A stretch of 64,000 nucleotides of DNA from an uncultured Holophagales bacterium (GTDB lineage: Bacteria > Acidobacteriota > Thermoanaerobaculia > Multivoradales > UBA5704): positions 256,001 to 320,000 of the forward strand of contig CAWJGT010000025.1 of assembly GCA_963842525.1 (NCBI GenBank), given 5' to 3'. The notes below the pieces were generated by a model. The model was not told the origin of the DNA, made no database searches, and was given only the letters and a program-made list of their open reading frames with translations. Positions 1-8,750 of the stretch are shown here, in pieces. The number at the start of each line of letters is the position of its first letter. Position 1 is the first letter of the stretch. The position numbers were made by a program, and so were the translations under genes.

Positions 1-1
1 C

Positions 2-82
2 GACCCGAACGGCTTCGGTCCCAACTGGTCGAACGTGGACGACTACGACATCCCGACCGTGCTGAGGAAGCAGATGGACTGA
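2..82 (+). CDS. ftsZ: Cell division protein FtsZ, C-terminal end (partial)
   Basis: Frame 2 reads DPNGFGPNWSNVDDYDIPTVLRKQMD*, matching the conserved FtsZ C-terminal peptide (DIPxFLRKQ.D). Confidence 0.8.
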   Translation, partial: DPNGFGPNWSNVDDYDIPTVLRKQMD

Positions 83-101
83 CACCGGGTAGACTCTCCT
101 C

Positions 102-704
102 ATGAAGACCACTGACTCCGGCCGGCCCGGGAGGCGGGCTCTGCTCCGCCTCCGCCGCGCATCCGTCCTCCTGTTCCCTCTCCTCCTGGCTGTGCCCGCC
201 GCCGCCCTGGACACCATCTGGCTCGTCCGCCACGCCGAGAAGGTCGAAGACAGCGAGACGGCGAAATGGCAGTTCCTCGACGCCCTCCGTCCGCTCACCC
301 CCGAAGGCACGAAACGGGCAGAGGCGCTCGCGACCCGTCTCAAAGACGCCGGTATCACCGCGGTCTACTCCAGCCGGACCACGCGCACCATCTCCACGGC
401 CCTGCCGCTGGTCCTGTCTGCTCCGGGGATCCGCCTGATCCCGGACGACGACACGATCGAAAAAGACAAACAGGCCGACTTCCTCGCCTGGCTCCGGAAG
501 ACCCATGCGAACGATCGCGCAATCCTGATCGTCGGCCACTCCAACACCATCCCCGTGCTCCTGGCAAAGTTCGGAGCAAAACCCGACTGCTACGAGCGGC
601 TCGGCATCCAGCAGACCCCGCAGGGCCTCATGATCGAAGGCTTTGAGGGCCTGTGGAAGGTGGATGCGAAGAAACTGTCGTGCCAGGGGATCACACGCGA
701 ATAA
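102..704 (+). CDS. Secreted histidine phosphatase (phosphoglycerate mutase/SixA-like) family protein
   Basis: Signal peptide, LVRHAEK catalytic motif, later LIVGHSNT motif. Confidence 0.85.
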   Translation: MKTTDSGRPGRRALLRLRRASVLLFPLLLAVPAAALDTIWLVRHAEKVEDSETAKWQFLDALRPLTPEGTKRAEALATRLKDAGITAVYSSRTTRTISTALPLVLSAPGIRLIPDDDTIEKDKQADFLAWLRKTHANDRAILIVGHSNTIPVLLAKFGAKPDCYERLGIQQTPQGLMIEGFEGLWKVDAKKLSCQGITRE

Positions 705-880
705 TCCCTATATTCATTCACAATACATCCCCATCGCCGCGTAGAGACGCCCCAGTCCACGACCACTTCACTGCCGGCGTGTAAACAGCCGGGGCGTCTC
801 TTGACCTCAGCCACCACCGACGCTGGCAACGTGCCTAGAACTACCCCAATCACTGCCCAAGAACCGGTCCACCGGCAAAG

Positions 881-979
881 GCCCCGGAGGGGCTCACGGC
901 ATGTAGCCCGGGGCCAGAGCGACGAAGGAGCGGCGGCCCCGGGTATGGAAACGAAAATATCCCCAAGCCCCAGAGGGGC
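881..979. repeat. REP-like palindromic element
   Basis: GCCCCGGAGGGGC (881-893) and GCCCCAGAGGGGC (967-979) hairpins flank the inverted pair CCCGGGGCC...GGCCCCGGG. Confidence 0.5.
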
Positions 980-1030
980 GGCAGCAGCTCGCCTTGACGC
1001 GGCCAGACTCTATGGACCACGATCTTGTCA

Positions 1031-1273
1031 ATGATTACGACCGTCACCCAGAAGAACACGGCCACAATACCCGCCGAAGTACGACGGAAGTTTGGGATCA
1101 AGCCCGGCTGTAAGCTCGACTGGCAGCCGATTGAGGACAGAGGCGAGATTCTCGTCAGGGTCATTCCCGACCGTGGAGAGCGTGCGCGCCGCCTGCTGGG
1201 TTCCGGTCGCAAGTTCTCACCGGATTGCGACTCCGTGGCCGATCTTGTGGCAGAGCGCGCTGCGGAAGGTTGA
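1031..1273 (+). CDS. AbrB/MazE/SpoVT-family antitoxin (copy 1)
   Basis: MITTVTQKNTATIPAEVRRKFGIKPG swapped-hairpin motif; near-identical to 2871-3113. Confidence 0.85.
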   Translation: MITTVTQKNTATIPAEVRRKFGIKPGCKLDWQPIEDRGEILVRVIPDRGERARRLLGSGRKFSPDCDSVADLVAERAAEG

Positions 1274-1338
1274 TGGGCTTGCGCTTCCTGCTCGATACCT
1301 CCGCACTGCTTGCCCACTTCCGCAAGGAGCGCGGCACC
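1273..1338 (+). pseudogene. Truncated PIN/VapC toxin (first ~20 codons only)
   Basis: MGLRFLLDTSALLAHFRKERG matches the start of the intact PIN at 3120, then similarity stops where the opposite-strand PIN gene ends. Confidence 0.75.
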
Positions 1339-1341
1339 TCT

Positions 1342-1737
1342 TCAAGGACTCCCCGGCCATTCGGCCCACTCACAGTAGGTCAGCAGGTCACGGTCCCTGG
1401 TCAGCAGAGTCGCTCCGCGTAGCGTTGCCTGGCTGGCGATCAGGCGATCGAAGGGGTCCCGTGTCCACGAGGCGGCGAGTGCGACGTCGATCACCTGAAG
1501 GAAAGGAAGATCGCAGATCTTGAGCGCGATCTCCTTCTCCAGTGTGTTGATGACGTGCTCTCCGGAGAACGTGACGCGGCGGATTTCATAGAGGTACTGG
1601 AGCTCGAGCTTGACCGCGGGAGAGATCAGCAGGTCGCTCTCCTCGAGGCGGGTCCGCACGCTCGCCGGCAGCAGGTTCACACGGTCCGAGAAGAGCCACG
1701 CAACGACATGGGTGTCGAGGTAGATCAGGGGCGCCAT
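1342..1737 (-). CDS. vapC: PIN-domain VapC toxin
   Basis: IYLDTHVVAWL ... RDPFDRLIASQA ... LLTRD PIN motifs. Confidence 0.9.
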   Translation of the reverse strand: MAPLIYLDTHVVAWLFSDRVNLLPASVRTRLEESDLLISPAVKLELQYLYEIRRVTFSGEHVINTLEKEIALKICDLPFLQVIDVALAASWTRDPFDRLIASQATLRGATLLTRDRDLLTYCEWAEWPGSP

Positions 1738-1946
1738 TCTGCGGACCAGTCGATGTGGACCAGATCCTCAGGATCGCCGACGATGAGGTCGCGTGGCTTC
1801 AGGTTCGCCAGCTTGCTCTTGGGCTCGACCGCCGCGATGCGGAGGAGCTTCCCTTTTCGCTCGATGTCGACGGGCACGCCGGTCTCCAGGATCTCGTCCA
1901 GGATCCGGTAGATGTTCTCGCGCAAGGCAGAGGCTCGAAGCGGCAT
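1725..1946 (-). CDS. Phd/YefM-family antitoxin
   Basis: ASALRENIYRILDEILETGVPVDIERKGK Phd fold; overlaps the downstream PIN gene. Confidence 0.85.
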   Translation of the reverse strand: MPLRASALRENIYRILDEILETGVPVDIERKGKLLRIAAVEPKSKLANLKPRDLIVGDPEDLVHIDWSAEWRP

Positions 1947-1972
1947 ACGGGGCACCCCCAAGGCCCGTTCCG

Positions 1973-2015
1973 AGGGTACAGCCAAGTCGTACGAGTGTCA
2001 AGTAGAGGTCGTACG
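1973..2015 (-). promoter_or_regulatory. Sigma70 promoter with TCGTACGA operator palindromes for the phd-vapC pair
   Basis: Minus strand TTGACA (2001-1996), 17 nt, TACCCT; palindromes at 1987-1994 and 2009-2015; duplicated at about 2675-2715. Confidence 0.6.
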
Positions 2016-2237
2016 CCCTAAAGCGCCAAGAAAACCCAAGCCCTTGCCCCTCCAGTCTCGGCGGAAGCGGGTCCACCGCGGGAAACACCTGATCGACACA
2101 TCGCAGGAGCGCTGACCGGGAGGCTTCGTCTGGTCCTAACCAAGAAACTACCCAAGAACCGAACTAGGTGGCTGGCACCCCGGCTGGCTGGGCACACCCT
2201 GTTCAAGAAACGCCGCCGCGGTATCTAACCCTCGCGG

Positions 2238-2632
2238 TGGATCTGCGGCTTCGCCAATGCGGAAGGTGGTGTGCTGGTCATCGGACGCGTTGACCGAGGC
2301 GTAGCCGTCGGGTTGCCGGCCTGGTTGCCCCGGAAGTCACCGAGGAAGCTACAGGCAAAACGCCGGTAGAAACTGGCAAAACGCCGGTAGAAACTGGCAA
2401 AACGCCGGTAGAAACTGGCAAAACGCCGGTAGAAACTGGGAAAATGCCGGTAGAAACCGAAGAGACGCCGGTAGAAACGCCGGACAGGATCGTCGAGCTG
2501 CTTCGTGCAAATCCGTACATGACCCTGGCCGAGGTGGCCGAGGAGATCGGTAAGTCACAGAGGGCCGTGGAGACCGCCAAATTGGTCGGTGAGGGGCGGC
2601 TTCGCTACGTGGGTCCCCGTAAAAGTGGCCGC
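2238..2632 (+). pseudogene. Internally deleted paralog of the AlbA_2/HATPase/wHTH gene
   Basis: WICGFANAEGGVLVIGR (AlbA_2 N-terminus, cf. ~6550) is joined out of frame to a GKTPVET-repeat linker and a wHTH (IVELLRANPYMTLAEVAEEIG...LRYVGPRKSG). Confidence 0.75.
2354..2479 (+). repeat. 21-nt tandem repeat GGCAAAACGCCGGTAGAAACT, 4 exact + 2 degenerate copies
   Basis: Units at 2354, 2375, 2396, 2417, 2438, 2459; encodes GKTPVET heptads. Confidence 0.95.
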
Positions 2633-2870
2633 GCAAGGCAGAGGCTCGAAGCGGCATAGGACCGTTCCCAACGTACAGCTCGGTCGTACGAGTGTCAAGA
2701 GGGAATCGTACGCCCTGAAGTGCGCCAAGAAACCCAAGCCCTTGACCCTCCAGGGCTTAGCGCGTTTTTTATCGGACCCTATGGGGCTGCCCGAACTAGG
2801 TGGCTGGCACCCCGGCCACCTGCACCTACTTACCTTGACGCGGTCTGCTCCATGGAACACAATAGTTTCC

Positions 2871-3113
2871 ATGATTACGACGGTCACCCAGAAGAACATG
2901 GTCACAATACCCGCCGAAGTAGGACGAAAGTTTGGGATCAAGCCTGGGTGGAGGCTCGACTGGCAGCCGGTGGAAGGCAAAGACGAAATTCTCGTCAGGG
3001 TCATTCCCGATCGCGGAGAGCGTGCGCGCCGCCTGCTGGGTTCCGGTCGCAGGTTCTCACCGGATCGCGACTCCGTGGCCGAGCTTGTGGCAGAGCGCGC
3101 TACGGAAGGTTGA
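2871..3113 (+). CDS. AbrB/MazE/SpoVT-family antitoxin (copy 2)
   Basis: MITTVTQKNMVTIPAEVGRKFGIKPG; lies upstream of an intact PIN gene. Confidence 0.9.
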   Translation: MITTVTQKNMVTIPAEVGRKFGIKPGWRLDWQPVEGKDEILVRVIPDRGERARRLLGSGRRFSPDRDSVAELVAERATEG

Positions 3114-3119
3114 TGGGCC

Positions 3120-3539
3120 GTGCGCTTCCTGCTCGATACCTCCGCACTACTTGCCCACTTCCGCAAGGAGCACGGTGGTGCTCGCGTCCAAACGTTGTTC
3201 GAGGAGGGCGACTCCGAGATCCTGGCTGCCAGTATCTCGCTGACCGAGTTTGCCCGGCGTCTGCGCGAGCTGGGCGCAACGGTCGATGAGGCTCGCCGTA
3301 CGGTTGAGGACTACCGAGAGTTGCTGGACGAGGTCGTCTCGGTCGATGAAAAAGTGGCTCTCACCGCCTTCTATATCGTCTGCGAAATGACGGAGCGGCT
3401 ACCCCTTGCCGACGCTCTGATCACAGCGGCCGCTCGCGAACGGGAGGCCCGCCTGGTTCACCGCGATCACCACATGGCGACGATTCCGGCCAGCGTTGTG
3501 GAGCAGATCGACCTCGCGAAGGAACCGGACCCGCGGTGA
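3120..3539 (+). CDS. vapC: PIN-domain VapC toxin
   Basis: FLLDTSALL ... SLTEF ... LPLADALITAAA ... LVHRDHH. Confidence 0.9.
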   Translation: MRFLLDTSALLAHFRKEHGGARVQTLFEEGDSEILAASISLTEFARRLRELGATVDEARRTVEDYRELLDEVVSVDEKVALTAFYIVCEMTERLPLADALITAAAREREARLVHRDHHMATIPASVVEQIDLAKEPDPR

Positions 3540-3731
3540 GGGGCTAATGCCTGTTCACCTCTTCGCCCTGGCCCCGCGTCCGGCGCAGCTTGAGGCCGAA
3601 GATAAGGAGCGCGCCCAAATCTGCCGCTGCAGTTGCCCTTGGGTCAACTGGCTTCCGCTGAAGGGTAGGACTATACTTTTAGCATGAGCCTGCCGAACAG
3701 GTGGAATCTCAAACCGGAAAGGCTAATACCG

Positions 3732-3944
3732 ATGAAACCATTTGTCGCAAGATTTGGGCGTTCAATCTCGCCCAAGACAGCCGGATTTCGCTCCGTGCGG
3801 TACGATGTCGAACGAGAGAGTACTGTGCTAGCCGAAAATTCTCTTCTCGCTATTGAGTCTCCCAACGTCCTATCTGAGGCTACGGGCAGTATGTGCACGA
3901 GAGCTGACGAAGATCCTACGGCTGATGAGGCAACAGACCGGTAA
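3732..3944 (+). CDS. Graspetide (ATP-grasp RiPP) precursor peptide A
   Basis: PFVARF leader (cf. microviridin PFFARFL), YDxExE motif, core TGSMCTRADEDPTADEATDR; upstream of the ATP-grasp ligase; alternative start 3684. Confidence 0.85.
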   Translation: MKPFVARFGRSISPKTAGFRSVRYDVERESTVLAENSLLAIESPNVLSEATGSMCTRADEDPTADEATDR

Positions 3945-3962
3945 TCTGGGAAGGAGAGCAAT

Positions 3963-4166
3963 ATGCGGCCTTTTATAGCGCGATATGCAGTAGCCCCAGA
4001 TCGAAATCCAATTCCCTCGCTGTACAACTACGATCCTGAGCAAGAAATTAGCGTCTCTCGAGGTGAGCCAGTCATCGGAGATCGAGCGCAAGCCATGGCG
4101 CTCACGGGAAGCTTGGTCACCTTGGCTGATAGAGACCCTACTCGGGATGAGGCAACAGACAGGTAA
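3963..4166 (+). CDS. Graspetide precursor peptide B
   Basis: PFIARY leader, YDPEQE, core TGSLVTLADRDPTRDEATDR; stop overlaps the ligase start (TAATG). Confidence 0.88.
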   Translation: MRPFIARYAVAPDRNPIPSLYNYDPEQEISVSRGEPVIGDRAQAMALTGSLVTLADRDPTRDEATDR

Positions 4167-5131
4167 TGATTCTTATAGTTTCCAATACGCAGGACATCAC
4201 ATGTGATTTCGTTGTAAGAGAACTTCGCAGACGGCACAGAGACTTTGCTCGGCTAAACATGGACGAATTTCCTCGGCTCGCGTCAGGTGTTGCAACGGCC
4301 GGAACGGGATTTCCCGAGCGAGCCGAGATAAGATGGTCTAATAGACATAAAGTCCTACGCTTCAGTGATGTCAGCTCTGTTCTCTATCGGAGGCCGGTGC
4401 CGCCCGTACCAGACGATGCCATCCAAGACGAAGCGCTCAGAAAATTCTGTACCGATGAGAGTTATGATTTCTTGCGGGGGCTTTTATTTTCATTGGATTG
4501 TCACTGGATCAGCCATCCAGATGCAATCAGAAGAGCGGAGCACAAACTATACCAAGCTAGAATCGCCAGCAAGGTCGGTCTTACAATGCCACGGACTCTT
4601 GTAACCAACGACCCTGATGAGGTCTTGGGCTTCTTCGATGCATGCTCTGGTAGAATGGTCGCAAAGTGTTTATACATGGGCTTTATCGACAGCAAGAAAG
4701 CCCCGGCAATGATTTTCACCAGTAACGTATCAAGAGAGGATCTTGATGATGTGGAATCGGTTCGGTTTACTCCGACTATATTTCAAGAGTATGTTGACAA
4801 GGAATTCGATTTGCGGGTGACAATAGTAGGTGAGAAGGTTTTTACTGCAAGAATTGACGCAGCGACTCCTCCGGGTACACCAGACTGGCGAGCCTGCGGT
4901 CCCGAGGAACTTTGTCACTCTCCGTACTCTCTACCAGCTTCAATAGAGCGAGCGTGCATCGACTTAGTCCATCTTCTTGAGCTTGACTTTGGCGCGATTG
5001 ATCTTGCAGTAGATAAAGAGGGGAATTTCTTCTTCCTGGAGATTAATCCCAACGGTCAATGGGCATGGCTGGAGGCGATACTTCCAATCAGCGCAGCTCT
5101 CGTGGACCGACTTGAGGAACTGGGGAGATGA
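4166..5131 (+). CDS. MvdC/MvdD-family ATP-grasp RiPP maturase
   Basis: AEHKLYQ, PRTLVTND, IFQEYVDKEFDLRVTIVG, DWR, FGAIDL, FLEINPNGQWAWLE. Confidence 0.92.
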   Translation: MILIVSNTQDITCDFVVRELRRRHRDFARLNMDEFPRLASGVATAGTGFPERAEIRWSNRHKVLRFSDVSSVLYRRPVPPVPDDAIQDEALRKFCTDESYDFLRGLLFSLDCHWISHPDAIRRAEHKLYQARIASKVGLTMPRTLVTNDPDEVLGFFDACSGRMVAKCLYMGFIDSKKAPAMIFTSNVSREDLDDVESVRFTPTIFQEYVDKEFDLRVTIVGEKVFTARIDAATPPGTPDWRACGPEELCHSPYSLPASIERACIDLVHLLELDFGAIDLAVDKEGNFFFLEINPNGQWAWLEAILPISAALVDRLEELGR

Positions 5132-6063
5132 GGTTTACTCGTTACCTTGGCAGGCTACTGCTGAATTTGAAAGGTCGGCTTCCACTAAACGGAGATTGGC
5201 TATTTGTAACTGAAAGCGTTTCAGGCGAGAAGCAGATTGATGCCGCCGATGAATATCAGGCGCCGAGCATGGTGCTGAAACTATTATCTGGGACTGTCAC
5301 GCCCGAGACAACCAAGCTAATATACGAGAGGGTGAAATCCTATGAGGGCACTGTAAACGATATTGCAAATAGGGTCTATGATAAGTCGAAGGTAATTTTT
5401 GGCGCTGCTTCCTTTGCATCAACTATAATTCTGGCTCTTGGATCGACACTCCTTCCTCCCTTGCTCGTGAGCTCAGTTTGGCTCAGAGTCGTCGGCGCCG
5501 CATTGTCGTTCTTTCTTGTTTTTCACCTTAGTCGAGCGTTGATCATCGCGGCCGAGGTTATGATAAGAGAGCTCATGGTCCGCGAAACGCCAGGAGAGCT
5601 GATAGAGTTGGGCGAGAATGATGAAGGCGGCGCTCTTAGAGAGCTGATTGCGAAAGTATTGGCGTATGCGATCCAGACTCAAACACTTGGCCTTGAAAAG
5701 CTCAATCGGCTGATTATTGCGCAACATTCTTTTCGATATGCACTAGTATTTTATTTCGCATTGGCGGTGCTCAGCGTTGTCGTACGTCTTGGCGAAAGCA
5801 ATATTGAGGGTACTAGCGCAGGAGCGGTTGCCGAAGAGATAAAGGACTTGAAGAATAAGGTAGAGGCGACCAGCGCAAGGCAAGGGAAGCTAGCCTCGGC
5901 AGTGGATACTCTGGAGAAGGAACACGCGCTCATACAACGGGAACTGAGGGAATCTATTGAGTTGAGAAGGGCTGAGCTAGACTTTCTACGGATACTCGAG
6001 GCTCAACTAATGAGCGGGTTGGCCAACCGACAGCCTCCCGCTGCCACGAGAAAACAGCCCTGA
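5128..6063 (+). CDS. Hypothetical membrane protein (about 3 TM helices plus a C-terminal coiled coil)
   Basis: ATGA overlap with the ligase; hydrophobic segments; heptad-rich C-terminus; same AT-richer composition as the cassette. Confidence 0.75.
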   Translation: MRFTRYLGRLLLNLKGRLPLNGDWLFVTESVSGEKQIDAADEYQAPSMVLKLLSGTVTPETTKLIYERVKSYEGTVNDIANRVYDKSKVIFGAASFASTIILALGSTLLPPLLVSSVWLRVVGAALSFFLVFHLSRALIIAAEVMIRELMVRETPGELIELGENDEGGALRELIAKVLAYAIQTQTLGLEKLNRLIIAQHSFRYALVFYFALAVLSVVVRLGESNIEGTSAGAVAEEIKDLKNKVEATSARQGKLASAVDTLEKEHALIQRELRESIELRRAELDFLRILEAQLMSGLANRQPPAATRKQP

Positions 6064-6099
6064 AGCTGTTTTTTGAATACATTCTACCCTCCACGCGAG

Positions 6100-6160
6100 C
6101 GACCCGCCGGTCTACGATTTTGGCAGGGCAGGCTTGATGCTGACCTTCCGGGCTGCCCCC
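6100..6160 (+). pseudogene. Fragment duplicated from the AlbA_2/HATPase gene
   Basis: GACCCGCCGGTCTACGATTTTGGCAGGGCAGGCTTGATGCTGACCTTCCG closely matches 7532-7581. Confidence 0.7.
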
Positions 6161-6490
6161 AATACGTTCCACCCGTTCCCATCCCAGCCCGGCAAGACGG
6201 TCCGCTGCAGCGGGGTGGCGGCAGTGCTGGGGCTGGTTGAGGGGAAACTGCCACGCGGGCACCTCGCCCGCTCGACCAGAGCGTCAAGTTCCCGGCTCAT
6301 GGCTTTTCACCTAGCACCGGCCGACATCCCCCGAACTCTGGTATCCTCATCCCAATACGGCTAACCGGTCGGCACCCGTATTCGGACTGCGCCGCCGACG
6401 CAGGATGGGGTTGGGCTGCGCAATGGTATGGACGCCGGCCGCCCCCTACGCGCCGATCAGGAGCCCGCTCACTGGGAGGATTCGCCTGGT

Positions 6491-7891
6491 ATGAAGGAAA
6501 GCCAGCAGGTCGAATGGAAGAGCTCGTGGCGTGACGAGTATCTGCGCTGGATCTGCGGCTTCGCCAATGCCGCGGGCGGTGTGCTGGTCCTCGGGCGGAA
6601 CGATAAGGGCGTAGCCGTCGGCGTGGACAATTCCCGCAAACTGCTGGAAGACCTGCCCAACAAGATCCGGGACGTGCTGGGCATCATGGCCGATGTCCAC
6701 CTCGTCAAGGAGGCGGGCAAGGAGCTGGTCGAAATCCACGTCGAGCCGTATCCCAGCCCCGTCAGCTACAAGGGGGAATACCACTACCGCAGCGGCAGCA
6801 CCAAGCAAGAGCTGAAGGGTCCGGCGCTGGAGCGGTTCCTGCTGAAGAAGCGCGGGCGTCACTGGGATGATGCGCCGGAGCCCTCGTTCACCGCACGATC
6901 ATGCAGCGCGGCAGCCTTGCGGCTGTTCAGGCAAAGGGCTGCAAAGAGCGGGCGCATGGACCCGATGGTGTTACGAGACAGCCGGGAGGTCGTTCTCGGC
7001 AACCTGGAGCTGGCCGAAAGGCATGGCCTCAAGCGCGCCGCCTGCCTGCTGTTCTCCGACCGCCCCGAGCAGTATGTGAGCGGCTCCTGGATCAAGATCG
7101 GCTTCTTCGTGACGGATGACGACCTCCGCTACCAAGACGAGGTGCACGGGAGCCTCTTCGAGCAGGTGGAAAAGACTCTCGAGCTCCTGCACACGAAGTA
7201 TCTCAAGGCCTACATCAGCTACCAGGGCTTGCATCGGCGGGAGACCTTCCTCTTCCCAACTGCCGCACTGCGCGAGGCCCTGCTCAACGCCGTGGTGCAC
7301 AAGGACTACAGCAGCGGCATCCCCATCCAGATCAGCGTGTATGACGATCAGATCGTCCTCTGGAATCCCGGTGACCTGCCGGAGAACTGGACGCTGAAAA
7401 AGCTGCTGGGCAAACACCCGTCCTGTCCCTTCAACCCACTGGTGGCGAATGCCTTCTTCCGGGCCGGCTACATCGAATCCTGGGGACGTGGCATCGAGAA
7501 GATCCACCGCGAGTGCCGGGAGCACGGGATCGATCCGCCGGTCTACGATTTCGGCATGGCGGGCCTGATGCTGACCTTCCGCGCCGACCCTGCGCACCTG
7601 CAAGCCTCTGCTCCGGAACTGGGCAGGGGCACTACCCCAATCACTACCCAAGAAACCGCCGGTACTACCCAAGAAACTACCCAAGAAACCGCCGGTACTA
7701 CCCAAGAAACTACCCAAGAAAGGGTTCTTGCTTTGTTGCGTGCCCAACCCTCGATTACTCGAAGGGAACTGGCAGGTAGACTGGGCTTAAGCGACAATGG
7801 CATCAAGTACCACTTGGAGAGGATGAAGACTGCCGGAGTGATTCGCCACGTGGGCGCAACCAAGTCCGGAAATTGGGAGGTCCTGAAGTGA
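6491..7891 (+). CDS. AlbA_2 (Schlafen-like) + HATPase_c_4 (RecG-C-like) + wHTH protein
   Basis: ESQQVEWKSSW, ICGFANAAGGVLVLG, ALREALLNAVVHKDY, IESWGRGI, TTQETAG repeats, C-terminal wHTH. Confidence 0.9.
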   Translation: MKESQQVEWKSSWRDEYLRWICGFANAAGGVLVLGRNDKGVAVGVDNSRKLLEDLPNKIRDVLGIMADVHLVKEAGKELVEIHVEPYPSPVSYKGEYHYRSGSTKQELKGPALERFLLKKRGRHWDDAPEPSFTARSCSAAALRLFRQRAAKSGRMDPMVLRDSREVVLGNLELAERHGLKRAACLLFSDRPEQYVSGSWIKIGFFVTDDDLRYQDEVHGSLFEQVEKTLELLHTKYLKAYISYQGLHRRETFLFPTAALREALLNAVVHKDYSSGIPIQISVYDDQIVLWNPGDLPENWTLKKLLGKHPSCPFNPLVANAFFRAGYIESWGRGIEKIHRECREHGIDPPVYDFGMAGLMLTFRADPAHLQASAPELGRGTTPITTQETAGTTQETTQETAGTTQETTQERVLALLRAQPSITRRELAGRLGLSDNGIKYHLERMKTAGVIRHVGATKSGNWEVLK

Positions 7892-7906
7892 CCCTCGCGC
7901 AGACAT

Positions 7907-8234
7907 GACCTGCGACGTAAGGCAGCGGACCTGCGGGCGTGCAGAAGCGGACCCGCAGGTCCGTCCACATGACCCGCAGGTCAGCCCTCGTGACCCGCAG
8001 CTTCGTCAGCCGGCCCTGCAGGTCAGCCTGCGCGACCTGCGGGTCAACCCACTTGCCCCGCGCGTCAACCCGTGTGACCCGCAGGTTGGAGTGCGTGACC
8101 CGCAGGTCAGCCCGAGTGACCTGCGGGTCCATCCACGCACGCCGCAGGTCCGTCAGCGCACGCCGCAGGTCCGTCGGCGCACGCCGCAGGTCCGTCGGCG
8201 CACGCCGCAGGTCCGTCGGCGCACGCCGCAGCGG
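7907..8234. repeat. 21-nt-period array with quasi-palindromic core GACC(C/T)GC(A/G)GGTC, about 16 units
   Basis: Cores at 7907, 7928, then every 21 nt from 7950 to 8223; later units become ACGCCGCAGGTCCGTCGGCGC. Confidence 0.9.
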
Positions 8235-8525
8235 CTACACCGCATGGAGCACGATCTCCGCCGGATCTTCCGGGCTCTTCAGGATGCGTACGATCTGGGT
8301 GCGTAGACGCACCGGGTCCGCCGGTGGCTGCTCCAGGTCCGTCCACAGGGCGAACCACCTGCCGCCAAAGCAGACGACCTGCAACGCAGCCTCGTCGGGC
8401 GTGTACGCGGCCGTGGCATCGGCCGGGCTGAACTGGATCTGAACGACGCGGTCGTACAGTCGCCGGCGCAGCGCTTCGCTGAACCGATCGAGGTCCAACA
8501 GGATAGACTGGGACACGTCGGGCAT
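8235..8525 (-). CDS. Small hypothetical protein (96 aa)
   Basis: AGGAGG RBS before ATG 8525; MPDVSQSILLDLDRFSEALRRRLYDRVVQ...; divergent from the XRE gene. Confidence 0.65.
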   Translation of the reverse strand: MPDVSQSILLDLDRFSEALRRRLYDRVVQIQFSPADATAAYTPDEAALQVVCFGGRWFALWTDLEQPPADPVRLRTQIVRILKSPEDPAEIVLHAV

Positions 8526-8750
8526 AGGCCCCTCCTCTGCTCGGCTGGGCCCCGGCGGATCTGCACTCCGCCGGGGCCGACTTGTTTCGAGCTCAGGCCC
8601 TCCTTCCGGGAGAGCCGCCTTGTCCGTTGTCGCCTCGAGGCAGCCACGAGTTCTCGCCATCGAGAACCGAAAGCACTTATAGCAGGTGATCCCGATTTGA
8701 GTCAATGGGACCGGAAATGGTATCCTCGATCCAACCGGAGGAGGATGACC

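Noticed and set aside
6160-6300. Possible minus-strand gene remnant (…AAADRLAGLGWERV)
   Set aside because: Too short and broken to assign
7907-8234. CRISPR array
   Set aside because: Core is 12 nt and spacers 9 nt, far too short; no cas genes in the window
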